Part shown: in pieces, positions 60,535-64,000 of the stretch
Numbering within the stretch: position 1 is the first letter of the stretch
Layout of the letters: every line of letters starts with the position of its first letter
Source of the DNA: Dehalococcoidia bacterium
GTDB lineage: Bacteria > Chloroflexota > Dehalococcoidia > Lucifugimonadales > UBA3495
Reading direction: 5' to 3'
Length of the DNA: 64,000 nucleotides
Assembly (NCBI GenBank): GCA_030740155.1
Contig: JASLXV010000074.1
Location: 22,786-86,785, forward strand
Translations under genes and position numbers: made by a program
Notes under the pieces: generated by a model
Databases searched by the model: none
What the model was told of the DNA's origin: nothing
The model's input: only the letters and a program-made list of their open reading frames with translations

Positions 60535-60717
60535 GGCTTCGCGTGTCGCAGGTGCCCGCCAGGCGTCTCCAGACCCTCCCGTGGGCTGAATCCGGCCATT
60601 GAACCCACCGGAGCCAGGCCGGTCGTCACCGGTCTCACGGGAGCGAGGATGACGCCGGCTGGTAAATCCCCTTTGTCGTGAGCTTTGTTGACTCGTTTGT
60701 AGAGCCGGAGGAGTGTC

Positions 60718-62367
60718 ATGGATGGAGCCACCGCTGTCGCCAATATCCTGAAGATGGAGGGCGTCGAATTCGTCGGGTGCGTTCCCTACCAGCCGATGCT
60801 CGAGGCCGCCGCCATCGCCGGAGTCCGGCCGTTAATCTTCCGGAACGAAAGTACGGGCGTCCACATGGTGGATGGCTTTGCCAGGGTGACCAACGGCAAA
60901 CGGACCGGCGTGTTCTTGATGCAGAACGGGCCTGGGGCGGAAAACGCTTTCGGCGGTGTGGCCCAGGCATTCTCCGAGTCGGTGCCCATCTTGCTGCTTC
61001 CCGCTGGGATGCCTCGAACCCGGCGAGGGGTGCACCCCAACTTTTACCCCACCCGCAGCTTCGAGACGATCACCAAGTGGTCCGCGGAAGTCAACCTGGT
61101 CGAGCGAATTCCGGAGCTGATGCGGCGGGCCTTTACCAAGCTGCGGAGCGGGCGGCCGGGGCCGGTGCTGCTGGAGATTCCCAACGATGTTGCGGTAGAG
61201 GAGCTGGCCGAGGAGCGGTTCGACTACGAGCCCCCGGTTGCGATGCGGACCGCCGGGGACCCTGAAGCCATATGCCGGGCGGCCCGAGCCCTGCTGGCCG
61301 CCGAGCGGCCCATAATTCATGCCGGGCAGGGCGTCCTGTACGCCGAAGCCACTGAGGAGCTGGTCCGGGTGGCCGAGTTCCTGCAGGCCCCGGTGATGAC
61401 CACGCTTCCGGGTAAGAGCGCCTTCCCCGAGAATCATCCCCTGTCTATCGGCGCCGGAGCATCCAGCACCACCGGCGGCGTCCACCACTATCTGACCCGC
61501 GCCGACCTGGTTTTCGGCATCGGATGCAGTTTCACCAAGAGCAGCTTTGCCACTCCGATTCCCGCCGGCAAAACGCTGGTCCACGCGACCGTCGATGATG
61601 ATGACATCAACAAAGACTACAAGTGCCAGTATCCGGTGGTGGGCGACGCCAAACTGGTGTTGGGCCAGTTCCTGGAGGAGCTGAAACGCCAAACCGGAGC
61701 CGAGACTCGGCCCGCGGACCAGGACCTCCAGAAGGAGATCGGCCGGATCAAGCAGGAGTGGCTCGACCGTTGGATGCCCAAGCTGACCTCCGACGAGGTG
61801 CCTCTAAACCCGTACCGGATCATCTGGGACCTGATGCACACGGTGGACCTGGACGAGACGATCATCACCCATGAGTCCGGCAGCTCCCGGGAGCACGTGG
61901 TGCCCTTCTGGGAGGCCCGCGACCCCCGCAGTTTCATCGGCTGGGGTAAGTCCACGCAGCTGGGCTACAGCCTCGGGCTGGCCATGGGCGCCAAGGTGGC
62001 CGCTCCGAACAAGCAGGTAATCAACATCATGGGCGACTTCGCTTTTGGGTCCGTGGGCCTGGATGTTGAAACCGCCGTGCGGGCGCAGATTCCGATCTTG
62101 ACCATTGTCATGAACAACTCGATCATGGCTATCTACTCCGACAGCCGCTTCCCGGTGGCCATCGACCGCTACGACGCCAAGCGCGTGGGCGGCCAGTTTG
62201 CCGAGGTGGCCCAGGCCATGGGCTCCTTCAGCGAAAAGGTCACGGACCCTGGGGAGATCATCCCGGCCATTCGGAGGGGGCTGGAAGTCACCCGCTCCGG
62301 GCGTCCCGCCCTGCTGGAGTTCATCACCAAGGAGGAGGGCGAGTACTCCAGGTTCCGTTTCGGGTAG
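60718..62367 (+). CDS. Thiamine pyrophosphate-dependent enzyme (acetolactate synthase-like superfamily)
   Basis: RNE, GPGAEN, GRPGPVLLEIP, GDFAFG..NN TPP motif; GGAGGAG RBS. Confidence 0.9.
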   Translation: MDGATAVANILKMEGVEFVGCVPYQPMLEAAAIAGVRPLIFRNESTGVHMVDGFARVTNGKRTGVFLMQNGPGAENAFGGVAQAFSESVPILLLPAGMPRTRRGVHPNFYPTRSFETITKWSAEVNLVERIPELMRRAFTKLRSGRPGPVLLEIPNDVAVEELAEERFDYEPPVAMRTAGDPEAICRAARALLAAERPIIHAGQGVLYAEATEELVRVAEFLQAPVMTTLPGKSAFPENHPLSIGAGASSTTGGVHHYLTRADLVFGIGCSFTKSSFATPIPAGKTLVHATVDDDDINKDYKCQYPVVGDAKLVLGQFLEELKRQTGAETRPADQDLQKEIGRIKQEWLDRWMPKLTSDEVPLNPYRIIWDLMHTVDLDETIITHESGSSREHVVPFWEARDPRSFIGWGKSTQLGYSLGLAMGAKVAAPNKQVINIMGDFAFGSVGLDVETAVRAQIPILTIVMNNSIMAIYSDSRFPVAIDRYDAKRVGGQFAEVAQAMGSFSEKVTDPGEIIPAIRRGLEVTRSGRPALLEFITKEEGEYSRFRFG

Positions 62368-62413
62368 ATTACCGGAGGTTCCAGCGGTCCCCATCTGAAT
62401 GCAGGGTGGCGAA

Positions 62414-63136
62414 ATGGACTATCAGCCCAGGGACGGCCACGGCCGCTACCAGCCAACGATCCGGGACCTGCCCCAGGGGGAGCGGCCCCGGGAGAGGCTG
62501 AAAGCCTACGGCGCCAAACTCCTGAACAACACCGAGTTGATCGCCATCCTGCTGCGCACCGGGATGCAGGGGGAGAACGTCCTCGCGGTGGCGACCCGCC
62601 TGCTGGCTCAATTCGACGGGCTGGCTGGACTGGGGCGCACCACCTTCGCCGAGCTATGCGCCCAACGCGGGCTGAGCGAAGCCAAGGCCTGCCAGCTTCT
62701 GGCCGCGCTGGAGCTGGGCCGCCGGTTCGTTTCCCTGGCCCCCGAAGAGCGGATGGTGATCAACTCGCCGGCAGACGTGGCCAATCTGGTGCAGGCGGAG
62801 ATGGCGGTATTTGACCAGGAGCACTTGAGGGTTTTGCTGCTGAATACCAAGAATGAAGTGCTCAGCATCCAAGAGATCTACGTCGGAAACGTGAACAGCT
62901 CGATGGTGCGGCCGGCCGAGGTCCTGCGACCCGCCGTCCGGGACAACGCCCCATCAGTCATCATCGTGCACAATCATCCTTCAGGTGACCCCACACCCAG
63001 TCCCGAAGACGTGTCCGTTACCAAAGAGCTTCTGGATGCCGGCAAGCTGATGGGCGTGGAGTTGTTGGACCACCTGGTAATCGGGAGTGGCGGCCGTTAC
63101 ATTAGTCTCAATGAAAAAGGGCTCGGCTTCAGTTAG
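62414..63136 (+). CDS. radC: RadC (UPF0758) JAB-domain protein
   Basis: ERPRERL, ELIAILLRTG, HNHPSGDPTPSPED, LLDHLVIG. Confidence 0.95.
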   Translation: MDYQPRDGHGRYQPTIRDLPQGERPRERLKAYGAKLLNNTELIAILLRTGMQGENVLAVATRLLAQFDGLAGLGRTTFAELCAQRGLSEAKACQLLAALELGRRFVSLAPEERMVINSPADVANLVQAEMAVFDQEHLRVLLLNTKNEVLSIQEIYVGNVNSSMVRPAEVLRPAVRDNAPSVIIVHNHPSGDPTPSPEDVSVTKELLDAGKLMGVELLDHLVIGSGGRYISLNEKGLGFS

Positions 63137-63172
63137 GCTTGTTGCCGCCCTGACACCACTCTGGAGGACCCG

Positions 63173-63811
63173 GTGCATCACCTGCTGATCGCCATCGCCC
63201 TGCTGGCCTTCGCCGCGCTCGACGTGATCTTCGTAGAGTTTTCCGACACCCCGGCCGCCGCCCTCACCTTCGCCGCCATGTCGTTCTTGGTCTTGCTGCT
63301 CTTGAGCGGTTCGGCCGGCAGTTTTGGCCGTGAGCCAGAGGACTACACCACGCTTTTCGGCCCGATGCTGGGGCCGGGCCTGAAGGGTTTCCTGACCAGA
63401 ATTGTGCTGGCCTCGGTCATTCCGGTGGTCCTGCTGGTGGCGTTGGCCTATGTTCCGGACCTCGACGACCCGTTGGACCCCAGCCAGACGGTGCAGTTGG
63501 GCTCGATATTAGCCGGTTTCTGGCTGTTGATGTCGTTGGCCCTGGTGGGCGCCGTGCTGGGTTTTCTTTGGTCTCGGTCCGGGGCGTTGGACGCGGTGGT
63601 GGTGGGCGGCCTGGTGGTGCTGGCCCAAAGCCTGTTGAGCTGGGCCAAGGTTGATGCCGGTCGTGGCGCCGTGCAACTGGCCCTGTACACGTGGATGGTG
63701 TGGGTGTCCATTTGCCTCATCGGCGCCTGGGTGGGGCTCACCCTGCGCCAGATCGGCGATTTCTATCTGGTCCATGCCCGGGGAGAAGTGCCGGAGCGGC
63801 AGAATATTTGA
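63173..63811 (+). CDS. Hypothetical multi-pass membrane protein
   Basis: GGAGGA RBS before GTG; about 6 hydrophobic segments. Confidence 0.7.
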   Translation: MHHLLIAIALLAFAALDVIFVEFSDTPAAALTFAAMSFLVLLLLSGSAGSFGREPEDYTTLFGPMLGPGLKGFLTRIVLASVIPVVLLVALAYVPDLDDPLDPSQTVQLGSILAGFWLLMSLALVGAVLGFLWSRSGALDAVVVGGLVVLAQSLLSWAKVDAGRGAVQLALYTWMVWVSICLIGAWVGLTLRQIGDFYLVHARGEVPERQNI

Positions 63812-63924
63812 CCCGCGTCGATTAGCCTACCGGGAACGTTGTCTGGGCGACGGCCGGGGCCGCCACTTGGCAAGTATCCATGTATACTTGATTGACTAGA
63901 TAACTATCCACATAGGTGGGCCGG

Positions 63925-64000
63925 TAGGCTCACCACGAACGGAAGAGGTTGCGTTTCCCGCTCGTCACTTCGGCAGGCTCAGTGCAGGCTCTGAACTTGT
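63925..64000. repeat. REP-like family A fragments
   Basis: AGGCTCACCACGAACGG and CTTCGGCAGGCTCAG. Confidence 0.6.

Noticed and set aside
60545..60650. Canonical TPP or cobalamin riboswitch
   Set aside because: Lacks CTGAGA plus ACCTGAT (TPP) and GGGAA plus GCAACTGT (B12) cores; kept only as an unknown structure
62414..63136. radC as a marker of a mobile element
   Set aside because: Full-length chromosomal type with N-terminal HhH region; no integrase or att site nearby

Overview
GC-rich bacterial chromosomal window, most likely Chloroflexota/Dehalococcoidia (SAR202-like; inferred from gene content, not proven). It holds mostly housekeeping and metabolic genes: obgE, a nadD-pyrE fusion, ygfZ/iscA, glcDEF, an interrupted trp operon under a Trp T-box, purL, recF, leuB, metF, acpS, nnr and radC, plus several SDR, hydratase and transporter genes. 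Signals the ORF track misses: (1) two recoded selenoprotein genes (Rdx/SelW-type CxxU at 9513-9809; AhpC/TSA-like lipoprotein UxxC at 38287-38889), each with a SECIS-like hairpin carrying GUG in the loop; (2) a probable replication origin (DnaA boxes plus DnaA-trio element, 3870-4125) with no dnaA next to it; (3) a co-oriented, apparently copper/redox envelope cluster (35.6-41.9 kb) with CtaG, the Sec redoxin and a circularly permuted, Cys-less cupredoxin; (4) an LprG/Rv1410c-like lipoprotein-MFS pair; (5) several REP/REPIN-like palindrome families, a decayed toxin-antitoxin pair and small unannotated ORFs. No rRNA, tRNA, CRISPR array or intact transposase was seen.
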